Source of the DNA: an uncultured Pseudomonadota bacterium
GTDB lineage: Bacteria > Myxococcota_A > Polyangia > Fen-1088
Length of the DNA stretch: 64,000 nt
Direction: 5' to 3'
Assembly (NCBI GenBank): GCA_963847705.1
Contig: CAWKBC010000014.1
Location: 224,001-288,000 of the forward strand
Below the pieces are notes generated by a model that did not search any database, was not told where the DNA came from, and worked only from the letters and a program-made list of their open reading frames with translations. The translations under genes and the position numbers were made by a program. Positions within the stretch are counted from its first letter, which is position 1, and each line of letters starts with the position of its first letter. Shown piece after piece: positions 54,630 through 63,635 of the stretch.

Positions 54630-54750
54630 AGCCTGCGTACTTCGCCGCTTCGACCCACCAGAGAGCTTGTAGCTCGCGCAACTTTTCGGGATTCGCCTCT
54701 GCCAAATCGTTGGCCGGTGAGAAGTCCGAGTCGACGTTGCAGCGCTCCCA
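54630..54750 (-). pseudogene. Degenerate remnant of an arylsulfatase C-terminus
   Basis: WERCNVDSDFSPANDLAEANPEKLRELQALWWVEAAKY resembles the sulfatase WELY..DFS...DLA...PEKL.ELQ motif; no catalytic domain nearby. Confidence 0.6.
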
Positions 54751-54952
54751 GGCGGCCCTGTTGGGATCGAATCTCTGTGCGGGAACCGACCCCCACTCGG
54801 AAGTTTTCGCCATCTCAGCCTCCCCTTCCCCCCGGCGGGCGTGTCTCCCGCGCGCCCTTTCCGCAAAGTGGATCGAGGTTCGAGGACCGCAATGCGGGCG
54901 CGGCGTTCTCAGAGCCTGACCTATCGCGCGGGGTGCCCCCATGGCAGGCCCG

Positions 54953-55408
54953 CTAAGGCCCCGAGCCCCTGGCGACGCAGTCGACCTCCAGCGTCGCGTT
55001 TGCGGTGCAGGGGATGGGCCGGCGACTGTCGGCGATGGAGAGGGTCAGGGTCTGCCTTCCGGCCGTCGTACAGAGGTAGCTCGTCGCCGCCGAGCTGGGA
55101 TTCGCGAAGCGGGCGGCCGGCGACCAGCTGAAGCTGACCGTTTCGCCGCGGTCTGGATCGAACGCCGTCGCGCTGACGCCGATCGTCCCTCCGACGGAGG
55201 TCTGCCTGGGGGCGGCAACCGCCGAGGCGATGCTGGGACATCTGTCGGCGGCGCCGAAGTCGAGGGCGACGTCGACCTCGCCGGTCTCGGCCATGCGATC
55301 TCCGCAACCGAGCAGCAGGAGGCTCGACACCGCGATCGCCAGGGCGCGCACGAATTGACGCTTCGCAAGGATCGCGCCACCGCGCGGGAGGTGACAGGCC
55401 GCGAACAT
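54953..55408 (-). CDS. Small Cys-rich lipoprotein with Ig/PKD-like fold
   Basis: LLLGC lipobox; CPSI..ATAFDPD..FSWS..YLC; the start may be at 55351. Confidence 0.65.
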   Translation of the reverse strand: MFAACHLPRGGAILAKRQFVRALAIAVSSLLLLGCGDRMAETGEVDVALDFGAADRCPSIASAVAAPRQTSVGGTIGVSATAFDPDRGETVSFSWSPAARFANPSSAATSYLCTTAGRQTLTLSIADSRRPIPCTANATLEVDCVARGSGP

Positions 55409-55601
55409 GAGCCGGCCGGCTTGCGTTCGATGACCGATTGTCAGAAAGCCGCCGCCGATTTTCGGTCAACCGTCCCCGGAGCTCCCGTCGACCTTCGCGG
55501 TCAAAGCTTGCCGCCCTTGGCGTCCGGCGTGGCGATCTTCGTTCCGACGGCGGCGGTCAATCCGACGGGCGATCGGTGACCGGCCATCTTCGTCGTCCGC
55601 C

Positions 55602-56279
55602 TCAGAACCAGGCCTGCCAGCGCCCGTCGGCGAAGACGAGGTGCGCGGTGATCGACAGCCGATCGCGCTCTCCGATGAACGGTTGGATTTGATGCAGCCG
55701 GTAGCTGTCGATGACGACCAGATCGCCTGCCGCGTACTCGACGACGGCGCTGGGTGCCTGCGCCGCCGCAGCAGCCACGTCGTCGTCTCCTTCCCAGAGG
55801 GCGTCCCAGAGGCGCAACCCGCCGCCCCGCAGCGGCGGCTGCAGCATGACGATGGCGCTCAGGGCCGGCCGGCGTGCCGCCAGCTCCTCCTCGCACAGTC
55901 CCTCGGTGTCGAAATGGACGTCGCCGCCGTTCTCGGAGAGCCATTCACCGGCCGGGAAGATGTGGACGCCCGGCCCGCAAAAGCCCGGCCGCGGCGCGAC
56001 CGGCGCACCGGCGACCTCCGCCAGGATGGTCCGCATGCGCGCTTGAAGGTCGGGGAGCGCGCGCTCCACCAGCGCATCGGACTCCAGCGCGGTGGCGAAG
56101 TATTCGGCTGCCCGATCCTCTTCCAGGTAGGTGTAATAGGCGTGACCGAGCGTGAACTGGACGCCCTCGAAGCAGGGGGTCCAGTCGGCGCGCGCCGCGT
56201 ACACCTCCTGGACCCAGCGCTCGCACTCCGCGCGCGTCAGGACGCCGCTTTGATGATGAAACCATTCAGCAGGCGCCAT
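55602..56279 (-). CDS. 2OG-Fe(II) oxygenase
   Basis: HFD...GGGLRLW...GDLVVI..RLHQI...RLS (HxD..H..RxS). Confidence 0.8.
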   Translation of the reverse strand: MAPAEWFHHQSGVLTRAECERWVQEVYAARADWTPCFEGVQFTLGHAYYTYLEEDRAAEYFATALESDALVERALPDLQARMRTILAEVAGAPVAPRPGFCGPGVHIFPAGEWLSENGGDVHFDTEGLCEEELAARRPALSAIVMLQPPLRGGGLRLWDALWEGDDDVAAAAAQAPSAVVEYAAGDLVVIDSYRLHQIQPFIGERDRLSITAHLVFADGRWQAWF

Positions 56280-57078
56280 CGAGCCCTCGCTGCAACTGCG
56301 CCAGGAACCGCGGATCGAACACCCCGTCGACGCGGATCGAGTACCGAAAGAACGGATCGGCGGCCACCCCGTGATAGTTGCGATCGTCGAACCAATACGC
56401 GCGCCCCTCCACCGGCAGGGCTCTCCGCTCGTCCTCGTCCCACAAGAAGAGACGCTTGTCGGCGCGCGGGCAGAGCGTGATGAAGTGACCGGCCTGCGCC
56501 TCGTCTTCGCCGTCGCGGTGAATGGTCCCATGATCGTTCGACTGTAGGCCGAGCAGGTTGCAGCGACCGAGGCGCACGAACGGCAACCGTTCGATGAACG
56601 CGACCGTGCGCGGGAAGACCAGGCGGGCCTCCTCGGTGAAGGCCTTTCCGTCGCCGTCGGCCCGCTCCTCCCAGGCGAGGTTGGGAATCAGCTCGTAATA
56701 GACCTTCCACGGGAAGTAAACGCCATGGCGGTATTCGAGGTACAGCATCTGCCGGCGGCTGAGCGGCCAGGGGCGCTCCTCCCCGAACTCGTACTGGTCC
56801 CGCCGATCGAGATCGAAGGCGGCGGACGTGTCGGAGAGGGCAACGAACCGGGCGAACTCCGAACGGGTCATCCGGGCGATGACCTGGCCGTAGTCGAGGT
56901 AGGGATCGTTGGCCGACGAGCGGGGGACGATCCCCATCGACTTGTGGCTGCCGCCGGTGTAGCCGACCGCGACCTCGGTGAGGCCGAGCGAGATCTCGTC
57001 GTCGAGCGCGGCCAGCTCCTCGAGATCGACGTAGGGCTCGAGGTTGACGAAGGGGCGGCCGAGGATTCCGCGAATCAT
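56266..57078 (-). CDS. 2OG-Fe(II) oxygenase, Asp/Asn beta-hydroxylase-like
   Basis: IHRD...AYWFDDRNYHGV...RYSIRVD; 3' end overlaps the next gene. Confidence 0.65.
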   Translation of the reverse strand: MIRGILGRPFVNLEPYVDLEELAALDDEISLGLTEVAVGYTGGSHKSMGIVPRSSANDPYLDYGQVIARMTRSEFARFVALSDTSAAFDLDRRDQYEFGEERPWPLSRRQMLYLEYRHGVYFPWKVYYELIPNLAWEERADGDGKAFTEEARLVFPRTVAFIERLPFVRLGRCNLLGLQSNDHGTIHRDGEDEAQAGHFITLCPRADKRLFLWDEDERRALPVEGRAYWFDDRNYHGVAADPFFRYSIRVDGVFDPRFLAQLQRGLDGAC

Positions 57079-57085
57079 CGCCGCC

Positions 57086-58352
57086 TCACCCGCCAAAACC
57101 GCCATGCGCGCGACCCAGCGAGCCGCTGCGCCCGAAGCCGCTGGAAACCGGGTGCCAGCCACCCGGACTGCGGGGACCTGTGGCCATGGGCAAGATCGCC
57201 CGCGGACGGGGATGAAACTGGCATCTCGGTGCGAGCCGCGGCGGGATGACGGGGGCCCAGTGCCCGCCGCTCGCCAGGGGCGAAGGAGATCGCCATCCGT
57301 ACCACCAGGGGAAGCAGCCTTGCGATCCGGGCGAGCCGCCGAAGTAGTACAGCGGCTGAGGTCCGAAGGAGAGCGGAGCCGGCGAGCAGCCGGGGACCGG
57401 TTGCGAGGGCCAGCCGGGCAGCGGCGTCTGTGAGAAGTCGGAGAGCGCCAGCATCTTCACGTCGATCCCACCCTCGTCGAGCGCGACCAGATCGCCGTTG
57501 AGGTCGTCGGCGTCCAGCGAGACCTCGTCGGGCGTCACGTAGAGCAGCCGGCGGAATCCCGGCTGCCTGGAGGGCCTCGCGCGACGGCAAGCCGGCGAAG
57601 TAACGGTTGTCGAACCGCCCGGCGTCATCGGTGTAGGGCGCCAACCGCTGCCGATCGAGGACGAACAGCGGCGCGGCGCTGGCCGAGCGGGTCGGCCGTG
57701 CGCGCTCGAACGACGGCAGGAAGTAGAGCGCCGCGCCGAGGGTCAGGTGCGCAGGGACGACCCCGTCGGGGTGCGGCCAGTTGTCGAGGACGAAGATCGG
57801 GTCGAAGCAGGGCGCGAGCGCCGCCGCCAGCGCCACGGCTTCCGGCCCCGCGACGTCCAGCACGACGGCGACATCGTTCCGGCAGACGCCGTTGTCGAGG
57901 AACAGCGAGAGCAGCGCCCCGCCGCGGCGCCAGGCGACGGCCATCTCGGAGGTGTAGATGGGGCTGATGGCCGCCCGCAGATCGGCGCTGCGCGGCGCTT
58001 CCAGCGACTGAAACAGGGTGGGGACGTAGTAGGGGGCCCAGCGCGGCTCGGCCGGCGAAAGCCGAGGCGTCAACGTCGACAGAGCCTCGCGCCATCCCAG
58101 CCCGCCGCTGACGTCCCGGGGCTGCGCGCCCGGGAAGGCCAGCGGTCGCCCCTCGTCCCCCACGTTCCAGCCGTCCTGCTGCTGCGCCTCGAGCGCGGCC
58201 TGCGTCCGGTCCGGCTCGGTTTCGGAGAGGATATCGGCGCACCCGCTCACCGTGAGGCCCGCGCCGGTCCAGATGAGCGGCGCCGACCAGCCGCTCAAGA
58301 GGCGCGCCAGCGGGCGCGCGCGCAGGGAGGCGCGCCACCAGGAGGTACTCAT
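57086..58352 (-). CDS. Uncharacterised lipoprotein with YgiB/DUF1190-like Gly-rich tail (apparent +1 frameshift near 57555)
   Basis: AGGAGG RBS and ATGA overlap with the ligase stop; VSGC lipobox; core DNWPHP..FVLDR..FDNRY; tail SGFGRSGSLGRAHGGFGG lies in the 57086..57628 frame. Confidence 0.7.
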
Positions 58353-59605
58353 GACCTCCTCACGATCGTCGGCGCGCAGGTGGCGCGCCGATCCGTGCCG
58401 CCCGATTGCAGGCGGGTGAAGAGCCCGGCGGCGCGACCGCCCACCAGGTAGACCCCGTAGTTGATCGATTGCCCGGCGCGGTCTCGGAGGGGTTGAAACC
58501 GACGTTGCGCGATCCAGCGGGTCGGCAGCGCATCCGCGAGCGCGTCGGCCCAGGCGGCGGGCGTCGTCTCGGCGCCGATCACCACCTCTTCGCCTTCGCA
58601 GCCGTAGTCGGATTTGAGGACCCAGAGCGGCTGCTCCGCGCGCAGGCGGGGCGCCGCCAGCGCTTCCAGCCGCGACGTGAAGGGGAGGTAGCGGCGAACG
58701 ATCCGGCGCGCCGGTTCCGAGAAGCGCGCGAGCTCCTCCCAGAGCAACGCCATCATTCGCTTGTTCTGGGTCAACACGGCGCCGAACGGATTCACCACCA
58801 CGCAGCGGCCGCGCGCGATCGCGCCCGCCAGCAGGTCGAGCGGCTCCGAGAGCGGGGCAGCGTCGCTGTAGGGCGACTCGGAGCGCCAGATCGTGCGCCG
58901 CTCGCCCCACCAGTCCGTCTTGTAGTGGCGCCAGATGACGGAGCAGGAGACCCCGAACAGCGCGACGCCTCCCTGTCCATCCGGGCGCAGATTGAACGGC
59001 GATCCCAGGACGACGCGCGCGCCACGCGACTCGAACCACCGCGCGTACAGCGAGATGACCGAGAGATCGTCGGTCATCTCCGTCGGATAGACGATGCCGA
59101 TGGTCAGCGGGGCCCCCGCGGGCAGGAGCGCGCGCACCATGGCGAAGACGCGGTCGCCGAGGCGGCAGTTCGGATCGTCGAAGCCGGAGGCGCCGGCGCC
59201 GTCGACCACCCGATTGAGCGCCACCGCTTCGGGCTCGCCGCTCGGCGTATCGGAGTTGAGCTCGCAGGCCTGCGGGCCCGCGGCGGTCAGGAAGATGTCG
59301 GCCCGCGCGATCCCGTGCCAGTGCGGCGCGCTCATCCGCCACATGAGCTCGTAGCTCGGAGGGAGATCGAAGAAACGGGCGACCAGGGAGGGATCCTGGA
59401 CACAGAGCGACGCTGCCTCCGCGTGGATCGCGGCGATCCCTTCCGCGGCGGCGTAGAGCTCGCGCTCGGTCGCGCAGTCGATCGCGATGGGCGTCATTTG
59501 AAACCTTGGCGCGCCGTCGATCCAGGGATCACTCAGGATCCCTTCGGCGAGGAGATCGGCGGCGAAGTCGCCGTACGACGTGAGGAGCCGGGGGCTGGTC
59601 CGCAT
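58349..59605 (-). CDS. Glutathionylspermidine synthase-family (YgiC/YjfC-like) ATP-grasp ligase without amidase domain
   Basis: RADIF..CELNSDTPSG, QNKRMMALLWE and WVLKSDYGCEGEEV; likely start ATG 59605. Confidence 0.85.
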   Translation of the reverse strand: MRTSPRLLTSYGDFAADLLAEGILSDPWIDGAPRFQMTPIAIDCATERELYAAAEGIAAIHAEAASLCVQDPSLVARFFDLPPSYELMWRMSAPHWHGIARADIFLTAAGPQACELNSDTPSGEPEAVALNRVVDGAGASGFDDPNCRLGDRVFAMVRALLPAGAPLTIGIVYPTEMTDDLSVISLYARWFESRGARVVLGSPFNLRPDGQGGVALFGVSCSVIWRHYKTDWWGERRTIWRSESPYSDAAPLSEPLDLLAGAIARGRCVVVNPFGAVLTQNKRMMALLWEELARFSEPARRIVRRYLPFTSRLEALAAPRLRAEQPLWVLKSDYGCEGEEVVIGAETTPAAWADALADALPTRWIAQRRFQPLRDRAGQSINYGVYLVGGRAAGLFTRLQSGGTDRRATCAPTIVRRS

Positions 59606-59619
59606 GCTCGGCCTACTAC

Positions 59620-59634
59620 GCAATCGGCGCGCCA
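59620..59634 (-). promoter_or_regulatory. Sigma54 promoter of the ligase/oxygenase operon
   Basis: Minus-strand TGGCGCGCCGATTGC. Confidence 0.75.
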
Positions 59635-59675
59635 GAGCTGAGCCCGAAGGAGAGGGACTTCGCCCGGCGAAGCCC

Positions 59676-59707
59676 GGGGCGAAACGCCCCGCGGGGCAAA
59701 GTGCCTC
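59676..59707. promoter_or_regulatory. Tandem-palindrome enhancer (bEBP site), copy 1
   Basis: GGGGCGAAACGCCCC-GC-GGGGCAAAGTGCCTC. Confidence 0.65.
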
Positions 59708-59720
59708 CTTCTGCGGCTCG

Positions 59721-61127
59721 CTATTCTTCGCGAATGCCGTACCGCTCGAGCTTGCGGTAAAGCGTCTTGCGATCGAGCCCCAGGACCTCCGCCGCCCGCG
59801 TGCGGTGGCCGTGCACCGCCTCGAGGACACGGAGGATGTACCGCCGCTCCATCTCTTCCAGCGGTGGCAGCTGTCCAGGATCATCGAGGTCGACGATCAG
59901 CCGCGAGCGCCGGTAGTCCTGGATCGACTCGGGGAGATCGGCGACGGTGATTTCCTCGAACCTGGTCAGCGCCACCGCCCGCTCGATGCAGTTGCGAAGC
60001 TCTCGAACGTTCCCCGGCCAGGCGTACGCCAACAGCTTCTCGGCGGCGGGCGTGGCAATTCCGCTCACGCTCTTCCCGGTCGCCGCGGCGATCTGCTCGA
60101 CCAGCCGCTGCGCCAGCAGGAGGACGTCGTCGCCCCGCGCGCGCAGCGGGGGCAGCTCGATGCGGATCACGTTGATCCGATAGTAGAGGTCCGACCGGAA
60201 GCGCCCACTTTCGATCTCCGCTTCGAGATCGCGGTTGGTGGCGCAGACGATCCGCGCGTCGAACGCGCGTTCGTCGTCGCCGCCCACCGGACGGACGCGA
60301 CGCTCCTCGAGGGCGCGCAGGAGCTTGGCCTGCAGGCCGGCCGGCGCCTCGCCGATCTCGTCGAGAAACAGTGTTCCGCCACTGGCCTTCACCAGGAGTC
60401 CGGCCCGGCTGGAGCGCGCGTCGGTGAACGATCCGCGCGCGTGGCCAAACAGCTCGCTTTCCAGCAGCGACTCCGGCAACGCGCCGCAGTTGATCGCCAC
60501 GAACGGGCCGCTCGCACGCCGTCCCTTGTCATGCAGCGCCCGCGCGACGAGCTCCTTGCCGGTCCCGCTCTCGCCCGTCACCAGGATCGAGGCGTCGGTG
60601 GCGGCGGCGCGCAGAACCGTATCGTACATGCGCAGCATGGCCGGGCTGCCGCCGTGGAGCGCCGTCCCGGCGAGCCGGGTGGCGGTTGCATCCGCTCCAT
60701 CTCCTCCGGCCGCACGCCGCAAGCGCCGGACCTCGGCCTGCAGCCGTCGATAGCCGACCGCGCGCCCGAGCGACAGACCGATCGCCTCGATCTCGAACGG
60801 CTTGGTCACGAAGTCGTAGGCCCCCGAGCGGATGGCTGCCACGGCCGTCTCCAGACTGCCGAAGGCTGTGATGACGACGACGGGCGTGTCGGGACGGTTG
60901 GCCGACACCCAGCTCGCCACGTCGAGGCCGGACATCCCGGGCATGTTCAGATCGACGACGATGGCGTCGAAGTCCGTCTCGTCGAGCAGCGCGAGGGCCG
61001 CGTCGCCGGAGGTTCGAGAGGTCACCGCGAACCCGCGCTTCGAGAGGCCCGCTTCCAGGAGCGTACACATCTCGGGCTCGTCGTCGACGACCAGAAGGCG
61101 TCCGGCGGTTGGACCGCCCGCGCTCAC
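59721..61127 (-). CDS. Sigma54-dependent response regulator (ZraR/AtoC-like)
   Basis: REC domain, [29 protein letters not shown] and HTH. Confidence 0.96.
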   Translation of the reverse strand: MSAGGPTAGRLLVVDDEPEMCTLLEAGLSKRGFAVTSRTSGDAALALLDETDFDAIVVDLNMPGMSGLDVASWVSANRPDTPVVVITAFGSLETAVAAIRSGAYDFVTKPFEIEAIGLSLGRAVGYRRLQAEVRRLRRAAGGDGADATATRLAGTALHGGSPAMLRMYDTVLRAAATDASILVTGESGTGKELVARALHDKGRRASGPFVAINCGALPESLLESELFGHARGSFTDARSSRAGLLVKASGGTLFLDEIGEAPAGLQAKLLRALEERRVRPVGGDDERAFDARIVCATNRDLEAEIESGRFRSDLYYRINVIRIELPPLRARGDDVLLLAQRLVEQIAAATGKSVSGIATPAAEKLLAYAWPGNVRELRNCIERAVALTRFEEITVADLPESIQDYRRSRLIVDLDDPGQLPPLEEMERRYILRVLEAVHGHRTRAAEVLGLDRKTLYRKLERYGIREE

Positions 61128-62578
61128 GCCGCCCTCCGGGGCAAGAACATCGAGAAGCGGCTCCCCCGTCCCGGTTCGCTGTCGGCCTCGATCCAGCCGC
61201 CGTGTTCGTCGACGATGTCGTGGGTCACGGAGAGGCCGAGGCCGGTTGATTCGCCCACCGGCTTGGTCGTGAAGAACGGCTCGAAGACCCGGGACAACAC
61301 CTCGGGCGACATCCCCGGCCCGTGGTCGCGCACGGTGAGCTCGAAGGTCCCGCCGGCCCCGCGCGGTTTCTCGCCGACGTGGCCGTGGGCAGGGCGGCGC
61401 CCTCCGGGGTCGCGCAAGGTGACGTCGACGACCGCTCCTTCGGCGCTGGCCTGGATCGCGTTCACGATCAGGTTGGTGAGCGCCTGCTGCACCTGCGTCG
61501 CGTCGGCCGTGACGGGAGCGGTCGCCACCTCGGAGTGAAACTTGAGCTGAATGCTCTTCTTGCTCGCCAACGTGGAGAGCAACGGCAACACGTCGGCGGC
61601 CAGGCGCGAGAGGTCCTGTTCCTCCTTCTGCGGTGGCCGTCGCCGGGCGTAGTCGAGCAACTGGCGGATGATCTTCGTCATCCGTTCGGCTTGATCAATG
61701 ATGATCTTGGCGTGGGCCGGCGCCTCACGTTCGTCTTCCACGATCAAGCGCGCCCTTCCGGCCATCACGTTGAGCGGCGTCCCCAGCTCGTGGGCGACGC
61801 TGGAGGCGATTCGTCCGACCGTGGTGAGGCGCTCGGCGTGGCGGAGCTGTTCGAGGGCGTCGAACCGCTCGCGCGTGGAGGCCCGGACCTCGATGGCGGC
61901 GGCCTCGAGTTGATCGAGCATTCCGTTGAGCTCGCGGGTCAGCTCGCCGAGCTCGTCACGCTGGCGGGGGAGCGACCGTGCGCCGAGATCGCCGGCCGCC
62001 ACCCGGCGCGCCTGGGCGATCAGCACCGAGATCGGTCCGCCCACCACCCAGGCGCCGACCAGCAAGGTCATCAGCATCATCGTCGCGGCAAGCGCCAGCG
62101 TGGTCATCACGGTCGCGCGAATCGTACGACGGACGTGAGCGCGGAGATCGGGAGGGGGCTCGGAGACGTCGACCGCCCCCACCACCTGACCGTTCGCCCG
62201 CACAGGGCTGACCGCGTGGAGCCATCCGGGCGGATCGCTGCGTTCGTCACGCCAGATCACCTCCTCGCCGCGCGCCACCGCGCCCCGCTCGGCGGAGGGG
62301 AGATCGACGCTGGCCTCCCGCAGGTCGACCCAGCTGACGCGATAGCGGGCCTCGAACCCGTGGAGCCGATCCATTGCGCGACGCACCGGTGCCTCGCCGA
62401 CGGCTTCCCACATCTTTCCCATGCTGTCGGCGAACGCCCCCGCCGTCGCCCGATCATCGGAGCGTTGATCGGCCTCGAACTCCGCGCGGTCGCGCCTGAG
62501 CTCGAGGAATGCCGCCGCGGCGACCACGACCAACGCGCCGGGGAGAACCGCCAAGGCCAGTTTGAGGGTCAGCTTCAC
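61124..62578 (-). CDS. HAMP-domain sensor histidine kinase
   Basis: Two TM helices, periplasmic domain, HAMP, AHELGTPL, NAIQA and FFTTK..GLGL. Confidence 0.95.
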   Translation of the reverse strand: MKLTLKLALAVLPGALVVVAAAAFLELRRDRAEFEADQRSDDRATAGAFADSMGKMWEAVGEAPVRRAMDRLHGFEARYRVSWVDLREASVDLPSAERGAVARGEEVIWRDERSDPPGWLHAVSPVRANGQVVGAVDVSEPPPDLRAHVRRTIRATVMTTLALAATMMLMTLLVGAWVVGGPISVLIAQARRVAAGDLGARSLPRQRDELGELTRELNGMLDQLEAAAIEVRASTRERFDALEQLRHAERLTTVGRIASSVAHELGTPLNVMAGRARLIVEDEREAPAHAKIIIDQAERMTKIIRQLLDYARRRPPQKEEQDLSRLAADVLPLLSTLASKKSIQLKFHSEVATAPVTADATQVQQALTNLIVNAIQASAEGAVVDVTLRDPGGRRPAHGHVGEKPRGAGGTFELTVRDHGPGMSPEVLSRVFEPFFTTKPVGESTGLGLSVTHDIVDEHGGWIEADSEPGRGSRFSMFLPRRAA

Positions 62579-62652
62579 GACGCCTCGAGTCTAGCCCTCC
62601 GAGCGATCATACAAATGGCGACCGAGCCGCGGGGCACCGCGCATGTGCGCTT

Positions 62653-63090
62653 CTAACGGACAGGAGCCCAGTAGCCGCCCTGCCACACCCACTGCGTGCC
62701 ATTCCACACCCACTGAGGCTGCACCCATGTCCACCCATCGTAGGACGCCGCAGCGCCGTTGCCCCCGATCCAGAAGGGAGATCCACCGCGCCAACCCCAG
62801 CGACCGCTCCACGACGGATGCACCGCAGCTCGCGGGGCTGCCCAGCCAACTCCGCGACCCCATCCGCCACCCCAGCGACCGCCGCCCAGGCCGCCCACGT
62901 GAGCACCGCCCAAGCCGCCCGCATGACCGCCGCCCCATCCGCCCGCATGACCACCGCCCCATCCGCCCGCGTGAGACCCGCCGCCGTGACCACCTCCGTG
63001 CCCTCCGCCCCGCGCGAACGCGGCAGCGGGAGCGACGGAAAACAGGATGAAGAAAGTCAGGCCTACAAAGAGCGTTCGCAGAGACCGCAT
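62653..63090 (-). CDS. Secreted Gly/His/Trp-rich protein with WxxGxW-type C-terminal repeats
   Basis: GGAGG RBS, signal peptide ..AAAFA, GGGH/HAGGWGGG repeats, WTWVQPQWVWNGTQWVWQGGYW. Confidence 0.8.
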   Translation of the reverse strand: MRSLRTLFVGLTFFILFSVAPAAAFARGGGHGGGHGGGSHAGGWGGGHAGGWGGGHAGGLGGAHVGGLGGGRWGGGWGRGVGWAAPRAAVHPSWSGRWGWRGGSPFWIGGNGAAASYDGWTWVQPQWVWNGTQWVWQGGYWAPVR

Positions 63091-63114
63091 CAGGCACCTC
63101 CGACATTCTCGGTG

Positions 63115-63130
63115 TGCATAACGCGTACCG
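63115..63130 (-). promoter_or_regulatory. Putative sigma54 promoter of the Gly/Trp-rich gene and TCS
   Basis: Minus-strand CGGTACGCGTTATGCA (GG-N10-GC). Confidence 0.6.
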
Positions 63131-63320
63131 GGGTCGAACCGCGAAGGGTCGAAGATCGACCGTGACCTGTTGCCTTCCAGTGCTCGACGCGATCCGGGTT
63201 CGGTGCGAGCGCCTCGACGCGCACCAAGGCGAGAACGAAGGCGAGAACGAAGCGGAGAAGGCGCGCTCTCCGACGCTGCCCGGAGACGGATATCCCGCGG
63301 CCGTCGCCGGCCGCCGGTCC

Positions 63321-63352
63321 GGGGCCAAATGCCCCGCGGGGCATTTTGTCCC
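63321..63352. promoter_or_regulatory. Tandem-palindrome enhancer (bEBP site), copy 2
   Basis: GGGGCCAAATGCCCC-GC-GGGGCATTTTGTCCC; 25/32 identical to copy 1. Confidence 0.65.
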
Positions 63353-63635
63353 CCGGGAGGCGCGGCTTGACCGCAATCTCGCGTGTCGATGGGGTGCGTC
63401 TCCCGGTACGGGCGTTGCTGTGGCTCTCCGGGATGAGAGGTTGCCCGCCACGGCCGACAGCGTCCGCAACCGCGCCGGCCGCGACGCCATCCGCTTCACC
63501 GCGTCCCCGACCGTTTCGGGCAGCGGCCCGGGCCTGACGATGGATGCTCGATTTCAGAGCTTTGCACCGGTCGGGTGATCGGCTGGCGCTCACCCGTGTG
63601 GCGCCCGAGCCAGGCAGCGCCTAAGCTCCGGCGCC

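Noticed and set aside
63226-63262. 12-bp direct repeats (GGCGAGAACGAA) and ORF 63090..63593
   Set aside because: Only about two copies, and the ORF overlaps the predicted promoter and enhancer without protein-like features.
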